64,000 nucleotides of DNA from the NCBI GenBank assembly GCA_023701005.1, contig JAMPXW010000001.1, forward strand, positions 207,843-271,842. Reading direction: 5' to 3'. The position numbers were made by a program, and so were the translations under genes. Within the stretch, counting starts at the first letter, position 1. Each line of letters opens with the position of its first letter. This DNA comes from Burkholderiales bacterium. Lineage in GTDB: Bacteria; Patescibacteriota; Minisyncoccia; Phycocordibacterales; UBA9973. Below the pieces are notes generated by a model, which ran no database searches, had not been told where the DNA came from, and saw only the letters and a list, made by a program, of their open reading frames with translations. Positions 19,760-29,615 of this stretch are shown piece by piece.

Positions 19760-19790
19760 AGAGGTCTTGTTATAAGCAGGACCTCTTTTT
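19758..19790 (+). terminator. Rho-independent terminator
   Basis: aaagaggtcttg...caggacctcttttt. Confidence 0.75.
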
Positions 19791-19824
19791 GAAAAAAGTT
19801 TATAATCTATGATACAATTTATTA

Positions 19825-20265
19825 GTGGAATTAAAAGAAATAAAATCTTCGGATATAAAATTATTAAATAAAGCTACTGATTTGATTTCTAAATATTCGT
19901 GGGGGCATGATTACCCCGTAAGACCCATTGATGAGATTTTGAGAGCAGATTATCGAATTGGAGCGATGATTGCTGATGAACTTGTGGGTTTTGGGACAGT
20001 TGGTTTTGGTTTTGGTCCTGATAAATTAGACAATGATCAATTATGGATTGCTCACGCAGTAGTTCTTCCTAAATTTCGCCAGCAGGGTATTTTTAGAGAA
20101 ATTTTTAATGCACAGTTATCTTATGCCAAGAATAAAAATAAGCGTATAATGACTTGCACAGACAATCAAATAATAATTAATTTTTTATTAAAAAATGGCT
20201 GGAAAGAATTACGACAAACCATAGATGAATCAGGCAAAGCTTCTAAGGTTTTTGAATATAAATAA
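19825..20265 (+). CDS. GNAT N-acetyltransferase
   Basis: VVLPKFRQQGIF acetyl-CoA motif; FLLKNGW. Confidence 0.85.
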   Translation: MELKEIKSSDIKLLNKATDLISKYSWGHDYPVRPIDEILRADYRIGAMIADELVGFGTVGFGFGPDKLDNDQLWIAHAVVLPKFRQQGIFREIFNAQLSYAKNKNKRIMTCTDNQIIINFLLKNGWKELRQTIDESGKASKVFEYK

Positions 20266-20294
20266 AATAATATTATGAATAAAATTAAAATTAT

Positions 20295-20687
20295 ATGCCA
20301 TTAGGAATTCGACACATTGAAATATTGGTTTCAAATTTACAAAAATCTATTGATTTTTATTCTGGAATTTTTATTTTGATTGGTTGGGAACAGGTTGATG
20401 TGAATAGTTTTAAATATGAAGATACAAAAATTTACTTTAAAGAGACAATTTTATCAAAAAGAAATATAGAAGATAAACAAAGAAAAATTTTAGGTCCTAG
20501 GCATTTATGTTTTAATGCAAACAATAGAAAGATGGTAGATAGTGTAGGTGAGTATCTTAATAGTGGATCTTTTAAAATAATTCGTGGTCCTTTGGAAGTT
20601 TTTGACGAGTATCATCCAACTGGAGGATACTATGCTGTTGATTTTTATGATCCGGATGGATTTATATTAGAAGTTTCATGTAATTGA
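20295..20687 (+). CDS. VOC/glyoxalase family protein
   Basis: HIEILVSNLQKSIDFY, HLCF, FYDPDGFILE. Confidence 0.9.
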   Translation: MPLGIRHIEILVSNLQKSIDFYSGIFILIGWEQVDVNSFKYEDTKIYFKETILSKRNIEDKQRKILGPRHLCFNANNRKMVDSVGEYLNSGSFKIIRGPLEVFDEYHPTGGYYAVDFYDPDGFILEVSCN

Positions 20688-20762
20688 GATATAGATGATT
20701 TAATTGACAATTTATGTATATAGGAATATGGTTTAAATGAATCCACAGGGAAGGAGTACTTT

Positions 20763-20960
20763 ATGAGGAAAATCACATTTTTCCATACTGGAGACGAAAA
20801 GAGTCGGGAAATAGAAAAATTCTTGCAAGAGAAAAGAATTTCTTTTACGACTATCTTTACTGATAACATTGTTCCGGTTCTTTTTTTGTTCTCTATTGTA
20901 GGTTGCTTAATAGAGTTAAAAGGGGATCAAATTTATCAGTTTTTTGAATTTTTGAATTAA
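20763..20960 (+). CDS. Small hypothetical protein
   Basis: SD aaggag, upstream TTGACA, downstream terminator. Confidence 0.55.
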   Translation: MRKITFFHTGDEKSREIEKFLQEKRISFTTIFTDNIVPVLFLFSIVGCLIELKGDQIYQFFEFLN

Positions 20961-20964
20961 AAAG

Positions 20965-20994
20965 GGGTGGACAAATAAAGTCCACCCAATTTTT
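20965..20994. terminator. Terminator between convergent small ORFs
   Basis: gggtggac-aaataaa-gtccaccc with A/T flanks. Confidence 0.7.
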
Positions 20995-21196
20995 ATAAGA
21001 TCAGTTTCTTTCCTTTTTTCCTTTCCCTTATTTTTTTGGAGATTAAAAAAAAGGCAAAAATCATTGCTAACCCCGCATTGAAACAAGCAATGATTGACAC
21101 CATAATTAAATTATCTTCTATAATGGCTAACTTTTTAAGGACCATTATAAATAGAATCCCCACCGTGTCCACGATTAAAAATTGTTTAATCATCAT
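20993..21196 (-). CDS. Small two-TM hypothetical protein
   Basis: SD gaggaaagg, two hydrophobic segments, basic tail. Confidence 0.5.
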   Translation of the reverse strand: MMIKQFLIVDTVGILFIMVLKKLAIIEDNLIMVSIIACFNAGLAMIFAFFLISKKIRERKKGKKLIL

Positions 21197-21306
21197 CCTT
21201 TCCTCGCTTATTGTTGTACATTTCTTTATAGTTATATTGAACTTTTGTAATTTTTTGTCAGTTGCGTAGACTTGATTTATAAATATTAAGAATTAGTTAT
21301 TATAGT

Positions 21307-22278
21307 TTATTCTAAAATTAGTTTTTTGAATTCTTCTACCATGGGGACTTGTTCTGGGTCAGAGCCATATCCTATCGCAGTATAGTATGCAGTAAAATCA
21401 GCCAATAAAAGTGCTGAAAAACATTTCTCCCAAATTTCTTTCTCATCTTCTAACTCTATTGTTTCAACGCTGAGATTTCTATCTTTATATAATTTTTCTA
21501 ATACCTCCATCCTTTTTATTATTTTAGGATTATCATTTTTGTCTTTTAGAATAATAAAGTAAAATTTACTACTTAATTCTTTCGTTAGATTGTTCATATC
21601 AAAGCCTGTCATTTCGTTGTGATTTAACTCGGGCAACACATTACAAAAAGCAGGTATTTTGCCTGTTTCATTTAATTTTATTTTCCAAATATATGCGAGA
21701 GATGTATTTTTGTTGGATGTATAAATAACAGGTACAAAGTTTTTAATCTTCTCAGCCAATGCCTTACCTTTTTCTTCAAAAGATTTAGGATTTAAATTAT
21801 TTTCTAAAGTAGTTAATTGTTTTAAATCATTCTCAACTTTCATTATTTTTAAGAAAGCTTTTGTGAAGAGCCCTAAGGCCATGCGTGGTTGGATGCCAGT
21901 ATTTGGTAATTCTATGTATGGAGTGTTGTTTTCTTTTGCTAAAGATAATAATTTTCCACCAGCTGTGATGATGGATATATTCAAATTTTTATCTTTTGCT
22001 TCATTGTATGCAGTGATCACTTCTTCTGTATTTCCTGAATAAGAACTTAAAATAATTGTTTTGTTTTTTAATTCTTCTGAATTAAGTTTTGGCAAACAAT
22101 AATCACGTTCTATCAGAATATCGATTTCTGGTTTACATGTTTTTATTAAAAGGGGAGCGAGAACAGACCCTCCCATACCTATCACTATAAAACTAGATTT
22201 TTCTTCTAATTTATCAGCATTTACAATTTCTGGCTTATATGAGAATTGCTTATTAAAATTTATTATTGATTCATACAT
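21307..22278 (-). CDS. Bifunctional phosphoglucose/phosphomannose isomerase (SIS)
   Basis: GMGGS, SYSGNTEE, QPRMA, NETGK, PELNHNE. Confidence 0.9.
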   Translation of the reverse strand: MYESIINFNKQFSYKPEIVNADKLEEKSSFIVIGMGGSVLAPLLIKTCKPEIDILIERDYCLPKLNSEELKNKTIILSSYSGNTEEVITAYNEAKDKNLNISIITAGGKLLSLAKENNTPYIELPNTGIQPRMALGLFTKAFLKIMKVENDLKQLTTLENNLNPKSFEEKGKALAEKIKNFVPVIYTSNKNTSLAYIWKIKLNETGKIPAFCNVLPELNHNEMTGFDMNNLTKELSSKFYFIILKDKNDNPKIIKRMEVLEKLYKDRNLSVETIELEDEKEIWEKCFSALLLADFTAYYTAIGYGSDPEQVPMVEEFKKLILE

Positions 22279-22287
22279 TTTTTTATT

Positions 22288-22896
22288 TTAACATTTTTTT
22301 AATTTATTATATATATATGAAAATACGGTTGGCAGGAAAGATAAGATAATTATCGCTAAAATTATTGGCAATAAGTATTTATCAATATTTGGTATCTGTT
22401 GTCCTAAGAAATATCCTAATAGAGTCAATCCAGCTCCCCATATTAAACCGCCGATCACATTATAAGTGACGAAAGTCGCATAATGCATTTTACCTACACC
22501 AGCCAAGATTGGAATGAAAGTACGGACGACAGGTAAGAAGCGTGCCATAACGACAGCTTTTTTGCCATGTTTGTTGTAGAAATTTTCTGCATCCACAATA
22601 TATTTCTTTTTAAAGAAAAAAGAATCATCTTTGGTAAATATTTTAGGTCCTATTTTCATTCCAAACAAATAGCCTATTTGATCACCCAAGATAGCGGCGA
22701 TAGATATACCTAGTACCAATAAAATAATATTAAAATATCCCTGTGATGCTAAAAGTCCTGCTGTGAATAATAAAGAATCTCCCGGTAAGAAAAATCCAAA
22801 AAATAATCCTGATTCAGCAAAGATTATTAGGGATACTCCAACATATCCGATAGTAGTTATCAGTGCTGGTAAATCTATGTTTAATAAAAAATCCAT
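22288..22896 (-). CDS. DedA family membrane protein
   Basis: FAESGLFFGFFLPGDSLLF, ARFLPVVRTF. Confidence 0.93.
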   Translation of the reverse strand: MDFLLNIDLPALITTIGYVGVSLIIFAESGLFFGFFLPGDSLLFTAGLLASQGYFNIILLVLGISIAAILGDQIGYLFGMKIGPKIFTKDDSFFFKKKYIVDAENFYNKHGKKAVVMARFLPVVRTFIPILAGVGKMHYATFVTYNVIGGLIWGAGLTLLGYFLGQQIPNIDKYLLPIILAIIILSFLPTVFSYIYNKLKKC

Positions 22897-22899
22897 GAT

Positions 22900-23646
22900 C
22901 TATTTTAAAGCGTCTTCGATTTTTTGTTTGACTGTTGTTAGTGATTCAGCTCCTTCTATAGTACTTACAACTTTACCATTTTTTAAGATATATCCTTTCG
23001 GAGTTCCAGATACACCAGATTTATTTGCTTCGTCTCTTGATAAAGACACTGTCTCATTATATTTATTACTATCTAGACATTGGTCAAATGCTGCAGTTTC
23101 TAAACCTAAAGTTTTGGCAAAAGATTTTAAATTAGTATCTGAAAAGTTTCCTTTGTTTTCTCCTTTTTGATTGGAATATAAGTAATCATGAAATTCCCAG
23201 AATTTATTTTGATCTCCTGCACACAAAGCTGCCTCAGAAGCTTGATTTGATTCTTCTCCTAAGAAAGGAAAATCTCTATAGACAAATAATACTTTTCCAT
23301 TCTTTACATAATTATTTATTATTTCAGGCATGAAGGGTGTCCATGTTGGATCTTTTTGTTTCAAATAGTTTATTACTTCTTCGTTTGTGCCATTGACTGC
23401 TCCACAGAAAGGACATTGATAATCTTCATACAGAATGAGTGCAACTTTGGCTTTAGAATCACCCAGAGTTTTATCTTCTTTTGTAATAGGTTGTAAAGAT
23501 GCTATTGGAATAGCTTTATTATCAGAGTTGTTATTTTTAGGGGATAGAGAAGAAAAATATATTGCTCCTGCTATTAATACTCCAGCTATGACTATAGCCA
23601 TCGGCATGGATAATTTTGATGTTTCTTTTTTTATTTCTGGTTCCAT
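22900..23646 (-). CDS. DsbA-like thiol-disulfide oxidoreductase
   Basis: N-terminal TM, DYQCPFC, GVSGTP; start set at MEPE. Confidence 0.9.
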   Translation of the reverse strand: MEPEIKKETSKLSMPMAIVIAGVLIAGAIYFSSLSPKNNNSDNKAIPIASLQPITKEDKTLGDSKAKVALILYEDYQCPFCGAVNGTNEEVINYLKQKDPTWTPFMPEIINNYVKNGKVLFVYRDFPFLGEESNQASEAALCAGDQNKFWEFHDYLYSNQKGENKGNFSDTNLKSFAKTLGLETAAFDQCLDSNKYNETVSLSRDEANKSGVSGTPKGYILKNGKVVSTIEGAESLTTVKQKIEDALK

Positions 23647-23779
23647 AATTTTTGAAAAATAATTTTTAATATCTTTATTATATATTATTCTAATAAATAC
23701 AGACATTGACAAAACCTATCTTTTGGTCTAAAATAAATACAGAAAATACATTCATAAAATAAATATAAGTGAGGAAAAA

Positions 23780-24118
23780 ATGCAAAAGTTATTAACTGAT
23801 TTAAAAGAAATCTTAATAAAGAATGGTTCTGAGGTATTAGAAGGTTCTTTTTCTTCAAGTCTTTCTTTTGATGAAATTTTAGAAACTCCATCAAAAAGAT
23901 ATAAAAAAACTGAAGTTAGATTAAGATTTTCTTCTGGAGTAGAATCACTTGGTTCAATCATCGGGAATTTGGATGAATTTATTTCAGAGCCAGAAATCGA
24001 TTTGGAATTAGAAGGGCGTGTTTGGTCTTTTTCGATTGATGATTTACTATTTCATCTAAAATTTCTTAAATCACAAAAATACAAAGAAACTTGTGGTAGT
24101 TTAATTGTAAGGATTTGA
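23780..24118 (+). CDS. Hypothetical ORFan
   Basis: TTGACA promoter, SD gagg, own terminator. Confidence 0.6.
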   Translation: MQKLLTDLKEILIKNGSEVLEGSFSSSLSFDEILETPSKRYKKTEVRLRFSSGVESLGSIIGNLDEFISEPEIDLELEGRVWSFSIDDLLFHLKFLKSQKYKETCGSLIVRI

Positions 24119-24124
24119 ATAGGG

Positions 24125-24151
24125 AAGGCTGGTAAATTTACCAGCCTTTTT
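24125..24151. terminator. Terminator between the ORFan and proA
   Basis: aaggctggtaa-a-tttaccagcctttt. Confidence 0.75.
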
Positions 24152-25406
24152 ATTTTCTTATATTGTATTTACCAGTGACGATCCATTTATATGTAGTCAT
24201 TTCATTTGGACCCATTGGTCCACGAGCATGAATTTTGTTTGTAGATATTCCTATTTCAGAACCAAGCCCAAAAACAGCTCCATCAGAGAATCTAGTAGAG
24301 GCATTTACATATACCACAGCAGCATCTATCTCATTTAAGAATCTTTTAGCATTTTTATTATTTTCTGTGAGTATTGCTTCGGAATGTTTCGAAGAATGTA
24401 TATTTATAAATTTTATTGCTTCATCAATATTTGAAACAGTTTTTATAGACATTTTTAAACTTAAAAATTCACACCCGAAGTCAGAATTTTTTGCAATTTT
24501 TAAAAGCTCTTTAGGATAGATATCTTTAAGAATTTTATAGCTTTCTTTGTCTGCAAATATTTCTACTTTTTTATTTATTAATAGTTTTGCAACCTTAGGT
24601 AAAAATTCTTTTGTTATTTTTTCATTCACAATGAGAGTATCTAATGCATTGCATACACTAGGACGTTGTGTTTTCGCATTGAAAATAATTTCAGCGGAAG
24701 AGTCTAGTAAAGCTTTTTCATCTACATATGTATGACAAACTCCTGCACCCGTCTCTATTACAGGAACTTTTGCATTTTCTCTAATAAATTTTATGAGCCT
24801 ACTACTTCCACGGGGGATTATGACATCAATGAAGCCAATAGCTTCAATCATATCTAGTGCAGAATCTTTAATGTTTGGATCAATGAACTGTACTATTTCA
24901 GGATTTGCTTTAGAAATTTGTAGAGCATTTTTGATTAATTTATGAAGAATTATATAGCTTTCTCTTGCTTCTTTTCCTCCTTTTAATACAGCCACATTGC
25001 CTGATTTAATACATATAGAAGCGACATCAGTCGTCACATTTGGTCTTGATTCATAAATGATACCTATTACTCCTATAGGTACTCTTTGTTTGCATATTTT
25101 TAATCCAGATCTTTCTCTACATTCGAAAATTTCTCCTAAGGGATCTTTCATCTTTATTAAATTTTTTATTTCCTCTATCATTCCGTTGATTCTATTTTCA
25201 TTCAACAAAAGACGATCATACATAGGATCATTTTTAGAGAGTTTTTGTAAATCTTTTAAATTAGCTTTTGTTATTTCTTTTTTATTTTTTTCTAATTCTG
25301 TTATTAAATTTTTTAGAATTAAGTTTCTTTGTGAATGAGAAAGGAGAGGGGCTGAGGCGGAGGCTTTTTTTGCATTATTTAATTGTTTAGAAATATTTGT
25401 TTGCAT
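24150..25406 (-). CDS. proA: Gamma-glutamyl phosphate reductase
   Basis: IYESRPNVT, PSVCNALD, NASTRFSDG, HARGPMG. Confidence 0.97.
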   Translation of the reverse strand: MQTNISKQLNNAKKASASAPLLSHSQRNLILKNLITELEKNKKEITKANLKDLQKLSKNDPMYDRLLLNENRINGMIEEIKNLIKMKDPLGEIFECRERSGLKICKQRVPIGVIGIIYESRPNVTTDVASICIKSGNVAVLKGGKEARESYIILHKLIKNALQISKANPEIVQFIDPNIKDSALDMIEAIGFIDVIIPRGSSRLIKFIRENAKVPVIETGAGVCHTYVDEKALLDSSAEIIFNAKTQRPSVCNALDTLIVNEKITKEFLPKVAKLLINKKVEIFADKESYKILKDIYPKELLKIAKNSDFGCEFLSLKMSIKTVSNIDEAIKFINIHSSKHSEAILTENNKNAKRFLNEIDAAVVYVNASTRFSDGAVFGLGSEIGISTNKIHARGPMGPNEMTTYKWIVTGKYNIRK

Positions 25407-25407
25407 A

Positions 25408-26154
25408 TTATTTACCTAATTCTTTTGCTTTTTTATAAGCAGCAGATACAGCAGTAGAAATTATCTTTTCTAAATTTTTGTTTTTAAAAGTTTTCAATGC
25501 AGCTTCTGTCGTTCCACCCTTTGATGCTATTTTGTTTATTAAAATTGAATAATCTTCATTCTTGCCCAATAACGCTCCTGCCATAAAAGTCTTTTTTATT
25601 AATTGTGTACTTTCTTTTTTTGTAAAACCTAAGCTGATTGATGTTTTTATCAAACTTTCTGCCAAAAAGAAAAAGTAAGCAGGACCACTTCCTGATAGGG
25701 CGGTGACTTTGTCTAAAGCATCTTCATTTTTTACTTCAAAATTTTCAGTTATTTTATTTATGAAGTCTTGTGCTTTTTTCTTCTCAATATTAGATAAGCC
25801 TTCTTTTTTCCAGGCAGCTATGCCTTCTCCGACAGACAAGCCTAGATTTGGCATCATTCTGATTATTTTTTTATGGCTGGAAAGCTTTTTTATTTTATCT
25901 ATTGTAAATCCTGCCATGATAGAAACTATGATAGAGTTTTTGTTTATTTTATATTTTTTCAATTCTTCTATCGCTTTTTTAGCATCTTGTGGTTTTACAG
26001 CAAGGATTATGAAATCAGATTTTTCTATGTTTGTTAGATTTTTATTATCTATGTCTACAGTAGATATTTTTATATTTTTATCATTCTTCAATAGAGCATT
26101 TGCTATTGCTTTACCCATTGTTCCAAAACCGATGATTGTTATATTTGTTTGCAT
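25408..26154 (-). CDS. proC: Pyrroline-5-carboxylate reductase
   Basis: GFGTMG, AVKPQ, RMMPN, SGSGPAY, SKGGTT. Confidence 0.96.
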   Translation of the reverse strand: MQTNITIIGFGTMGKAIANALLKNDKNIKISTVDIDNKNLTNIEKSDFIILAVKPQDAKKAIEELKKYKINKNSIIVSIMAGFTIDKIKKLSSHKKIIRMMPNLGLSVGEGIAAWKKEGLSNIEKKKAQDFINKITENFEVKNEDALDKVTALSGSGPAYFFFLAESLIKTSISLGFTKKESTQLIKKTFMAGALLGKNEDYSILINKIASKGGTTEAALKTFKNKNLEKIISTAVSAAYKKAKELGK

Positions 26155-26165
26155 GTTTTTAAAAA

Positions 26166-26912
26166 TTAATTTTCAAATTTTGTTCCAGGAAAATTTTTGT
26201 TTAATGCTTTTATTATTATATCTTTTTCTTTTCCATTCCCGATCAATGTCTCTACTCCATTTTGGGTAGCATATTTAGCGGCTTGTATTTTTGATATCAT
26301 TCCGCCTGACCCTAAATCTGATTTTTGAGGAGAACAAAGATTTTCAATTTTTTTATTAATATTTTTTACTTCTTTGATAAGTTTAGCATTTTTGTCATTA
26401 TCTGGATTGCAAGTATAAAGTCCATCTTGGTTGGTCAATATTATGAGTTTATCTGCCTTTAGTCCCACTGCAACTTTGGCGCTGAGGGCATCGTTGTCTC
26501 CGATTGTTAAATCTTCTGTTTTCATCACATCGTTTTCATTTATGATGGGCAATATCTTGTGAGCCATCATAGCTTTTATGTTTGAGACGAAGTTTTGGAA
26601 ACGTTCTTTGTTTGTAAAATCATCACTTAAAATAAGTATTTGTCCGATTGATAATTTGTATTTTTGAGCTTCACGATAATAATCGTGTATCAAGATGGGT
26701 TGACCTATAGCAGCAGCTATCTTTTTTTGGTGTGGGTTTTTAGAAGGGGATTTAGGTAAACCTGCTCCGACAGCACCAGAAGATACTAGCACTACTTCGT
26801 GTTTTTTGTTCATAAGAAATGCGATCTCTTTTATAAGTTTAGATATTTTCTTTTGATCAAGCCCATTCTTTCCAGCAATGACCTGAGTCCCAACTTTTAT
26901 AACTATTCTCAT
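26166..26912 (-). CDS. proB: Glutamate 5-kinase (no PUA domain)
   Basis: VIKVGT, VSSGAV, INEND, GDNDALS, GSGGMISK. Confidence 0.96.
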   Translation of the reverse strand: MRIVIKVGTQVIAGKNGLDQKKISKLIKEIAFLMNKKHEVVLVSSGAVGAGLPKSPSKNPHQKKIAAAIGQPILIHDYYREAQKYKLSIGQILILSDDFTNKERFQNFVSNIKAMMAHKILPIINENDVMKTEDLTIGDNDALSAKVAVGLKADKLIILTNQDGLYTCNPDNDKNAKLIKEVKNINKKIENLCSPQKSDLGSGGMISKIQAAKYATQNGVETLIGNGKEKDIIIKALNKNFPGTKFEN

Positions 26913-27033
26913 ATTTTTATCTTATATGAATTGGGGGCATATTACTAGGTTTGACAAAAGTACTTAATAATGATACAATGTGTATTGGTTTAGCTAATTG
27001 AAAATAAAATAAATAAAACCTTAAGGAGGTAAT

Positions 27034-27540
27034 ATGTTAGTGGATTTAATAATTGGTTTATGTGGTGGATTAATTGCTCTTGTAAAAGGTTATGAGTGGA
27101 ATTCTATTATAGTATTCTTTGCTGCTTTTGTTCTTGATATTGATATAGTGATAAATGAATTTTATCGTATCTTTATTAAGAAGGAAAAAAAATTTGGTAT
27201 TGAGAATTTTCTCGATGAATATTCTTATACACACAAATTTATTTTTCATCTTCCTCTTGTTGCTCTTCCTATTGTTTTTGTTTCTGGATTGTTTTACAAA
27301 GATGCCATGTTCGGTTTTCTTGTATTTTTGATGGTATTTTATCATTTATTTCATGACACTGTAGACAAAAATTTTGATGGAGTAAGTTGGCTTTGGCCAC
27401 TTAGTAAATCCGTATTTAAATTGCGAGCTAATGTTGTAGAAATAAAAAGCAGAGATCATTTATTTGAAGAAGCAATGGAAATGGAAGTAAAAAATCCAAG
27501 AAACACTAAGAGTATTTTAAAGGATAATTCAATAACTTAA
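27034..27540 (+). CDS. Membrane metal-dependent hydrolase (YdjM-like)
   Basis: LDID, THKFIFH, YHLFHD, WLWP motifs; SD aggagg. Confidence 0.65.
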   Translation: MLVDLIIGLCGGLIALVKGYEWNSIIVFFAAFVLDIDIVINEFYRIFIKKEKKFGIENFLDEYSYTHKFIFHLPLVALPIVFVSGLFYKDAMFGFLVFLMVFYHLFHDTVDKNFDGVSWLWPLSKSVFKLRANVVEIKSRDHLFEEAMEMEVKNPRNTKSILKDNSIT

Positions 27541-27554
27541 TTTATAAAAGTGAG

Positions 27555-27749
27555 GTGTTTACGAAACCTGAAATTAGATTTATCTTAGTGGTTATGTTTG
27601 TGTTTGGGATTTTAGCCATTTGGGCTGCTCGTAAAATTCCCAAAGAAATGAAAGCAAATAAAACACAAATGCTCATGATAAGAATTTTTATATTCTTATT
27701 TTATTTATGTTCGATGGGCATGTTTGTTAGTTTTATTTTTGATGGATGA
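27555..27749 (+). CDS. Small two-TM hypothetical protein
   Basis: Two hydrophobic segments; followed by a hairpin. Confidence 0.5.
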   Translation: MFTKPEIRFILVVMFVFGILAIWAARKIPKEMKANKTQMLMIRIFIFLFYLCSMGMFVSFIFDG

Positions 27750-27753
27750 TTTT

Positions 27754-27776
27754 AACCGGACGCCTGGCGTCCGGTT
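27754..27776. repeat. Palindrome/terminator related to the in-frame insert in ligA
   Basis: aaccggacgcc-t-ggcgtccggtt. Confidence 0.65.
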
Positions 27777-27778
27777 TT

Positions 27779-28432
27779 TTAATGGGCGAGGGTGAAGGCG
27801 ATTATTTTTCTTGCCCCGAAAGATTTTAGAGTTTTTTTAGCCTCAGACAGTGTAGCTCCTGTCGTGAGTACATCATCTATCAAGATGATGTTTTTATTTT
27901 TTATCATTTCTCTGTTTGTCACTGAAAAAGAATCAGTTAGGTTTTTTAATCTATTATGACGATCTTTTATATTTGCTTGGTGTTCTGTTTCTTTCGTTTT
28001 TATTAAAATATTTTTCCATAATTTAAAATTATTTTTTTCTTTATCTATTTTAATTAATTCTAAACAAATTAACTCTGCTTGGTTGTATCCGCGTTCCCTT
28101 TGTCTTTTCTTTGAGAGGGGAATAGGAATAAGAATTGGCTCTGTAAAATTAGACATCATTCTCAATTCTGACAATTCTTCTATTATTTTCCCATATAGAA
28201 CCTCCGCATATATTTTAGCTAGGTTCCTTTTACTTTTGTATTTTAAAAGCCAAATAGATTTTTTGATAGCTGTATGACGATAATCAAACAATGGAAATAT
28301 CCAAGTAGCACTTTCTCTTTCGGCAGAAGGAGAGCTCAAAAGACAATCCACACATAGGTTTGATCCTCTCTTTTTACATGAAATGCAATTCACAGGGAAA
28401 ATCACATCCAATATGGTGTCTAATATTGTCAT
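27779..28432 (-). CDS. comF: ComF family phosphoribosyltransferase
   Basis: N-terminal CxxC pairs, RGYNQAE, LIDDVLTTGATL. Confidence 0.93.
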   Translation of the reverse strand: MTILDTILDVIFPVNCISCKKRGSNLCVDCLLSSPSAERESATWIFPLFDYRHTAIKKSIWLLKYKSKRNLAKIYAEVLYGKIIEELSELRMMSNFTEPILIPIPLSKKRQRERGYNQAELICLELIKIDKEKNNFKLWKNILIKTKETEHQANIKDRHNRLKNLTDSFSVTNREMIKNKNIILIDDVLTTGATLSEAKKTLKSFGARKIIAFTLAH

Positions 28433-28465
28433 CTATGTTATAATTATAAGCATAATTTAACCAAA

Positions 28466-29593
28466 ATGAACAATCCATTAAAAGATTTTTTTTCAAAATT
28501 GAATATTACAAAAGTTGGAGATGGAGATAGTGCTGTAGGTATTGATATCGGTTCTTCTGCCATAAAGGTAGTTGAAATAAAAAAGAGAAGTGGTAAGGCT
28601 GTTTTGGAAACTTATGGATCTATATCTCTTGGTTCTTATGCAGAGATGGAGCCTGGCCATGTTACAAATTTACCTATAGATAAGATAGTGGAAGCATTAA
28701 AGGAAGTTTTAAAACAATCAGGAGTTTCTACTTATTCTTCTGCTTTTTCTATCCCAGTGCAATCAAGCTTAATATTTACTATTACTCTTCCTCCAAATAT
28801 AAAAGAAAATGAAATCCCAGCTATCATATCTACAGAAGCTCGTAAGTATATCCCATTACCCATCACAGAGGTTTCTTTGGATTATTTCCCTTTACCTCAA
28901 AAAGAAGCTTCTTTTGAAGAGATGAATGATCCAGAATTGGGAGTAAATCAAAATGAAAAAAAAGAAGTTTTGGTTGTAGCTATTCAAAATGATGCAGTTT
29001 CAAAATGTCGTTCTGTTTCTTCTATGTGTAATTTAGAGGCTGGATTTTTTGAAATTGAAATTTTTTCATCAGTGAGATCAAATTTTGAACATGAATTATC
29101 TTTAGTTCTTTTAATGGATTTTGGAGCATCTACTACAAAATTGTCTTTAGTTGAGTTTGGTATGGTCAAAGCTCATCACACGATAAATCGCGGAGGTGCA
29201 GACATTTCTAATTCTATAGCTCAATCCTTGAATATTTCTTTTTCTAAAGCAGAAGAAATGAAAAAAGATTTTGGTCTTTTTGGCAATCCAGAGGAAAAAC
29301 AATTAGCAGATATTATAAAAACCCATACAGATTATATCTTTTCTGAGACTAACAATGTATTGTTGGGCTATGAAAAGAAATATAATAAGACTATTAGTAA
29401 GGTTATATTTACAGGAGGAGGCTCTCTTTTGAAAGGTTTGACAGAAGTAGCGTCAAATAATTTTAGAGCAGAGATAAAAACAGGACATCCTTTTTCTAAA
29501 GTTGGCGCTCCAGCATTTTTGGAGAAAGTTCTTGAGACTACAGGCCCAGAGTTTGCTGTTGCTTTAGGTTTAGCCTTGCGAAAATTGCAATAA
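28466..29593 (+). CDS. pilM: Type IV pilus assembly protein PilM
   Basis: GIDIGSSAIK, DFGASTT, FTGGGS, AVALGLALR. Confidence 0.92.
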   Translation: MNNPLKDFFSKLNITKVGDGDSAVGIDIGSSAIKVVEIKKRSGKAVLETYGSISLGSYAEMEPGHVTNLPIDKIVEALKEVLKQSGVSTYSSAFSIPVQSSLIFTITLPPNIKENEIPAIISTEARKYIPLPITEVSLDYFPLPQKEASFEEMNDPELGVNQNEKKEVLVVAIQNDAVSKCRSVSSMCNLEAGFFEIEIFSSVRSNFEHELSLVLLMDFGASTTKLSLVEFGMVKAHHTINRGGADISNSIAQSLNISFSKAEEMKKDFGLFGNPEEKQLADIIKTHTDYIFSETNNVLLGYEKKYNKTISKVIFTGGGSLLKGLTEVASNNFRAEIKTGHPFSKVGAPAFLEKVLETTGPEFAVALGLALRKLQ

Positions 29594-29615
29594 ATGAGAT
29601 AATAGAATATATAAA

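Noticed and set aside
17903-21300. Prophage or integrative element at tRNA-Ser
   Set aside because: No integrase, phage genes or duplicated tRNA 3' end seen
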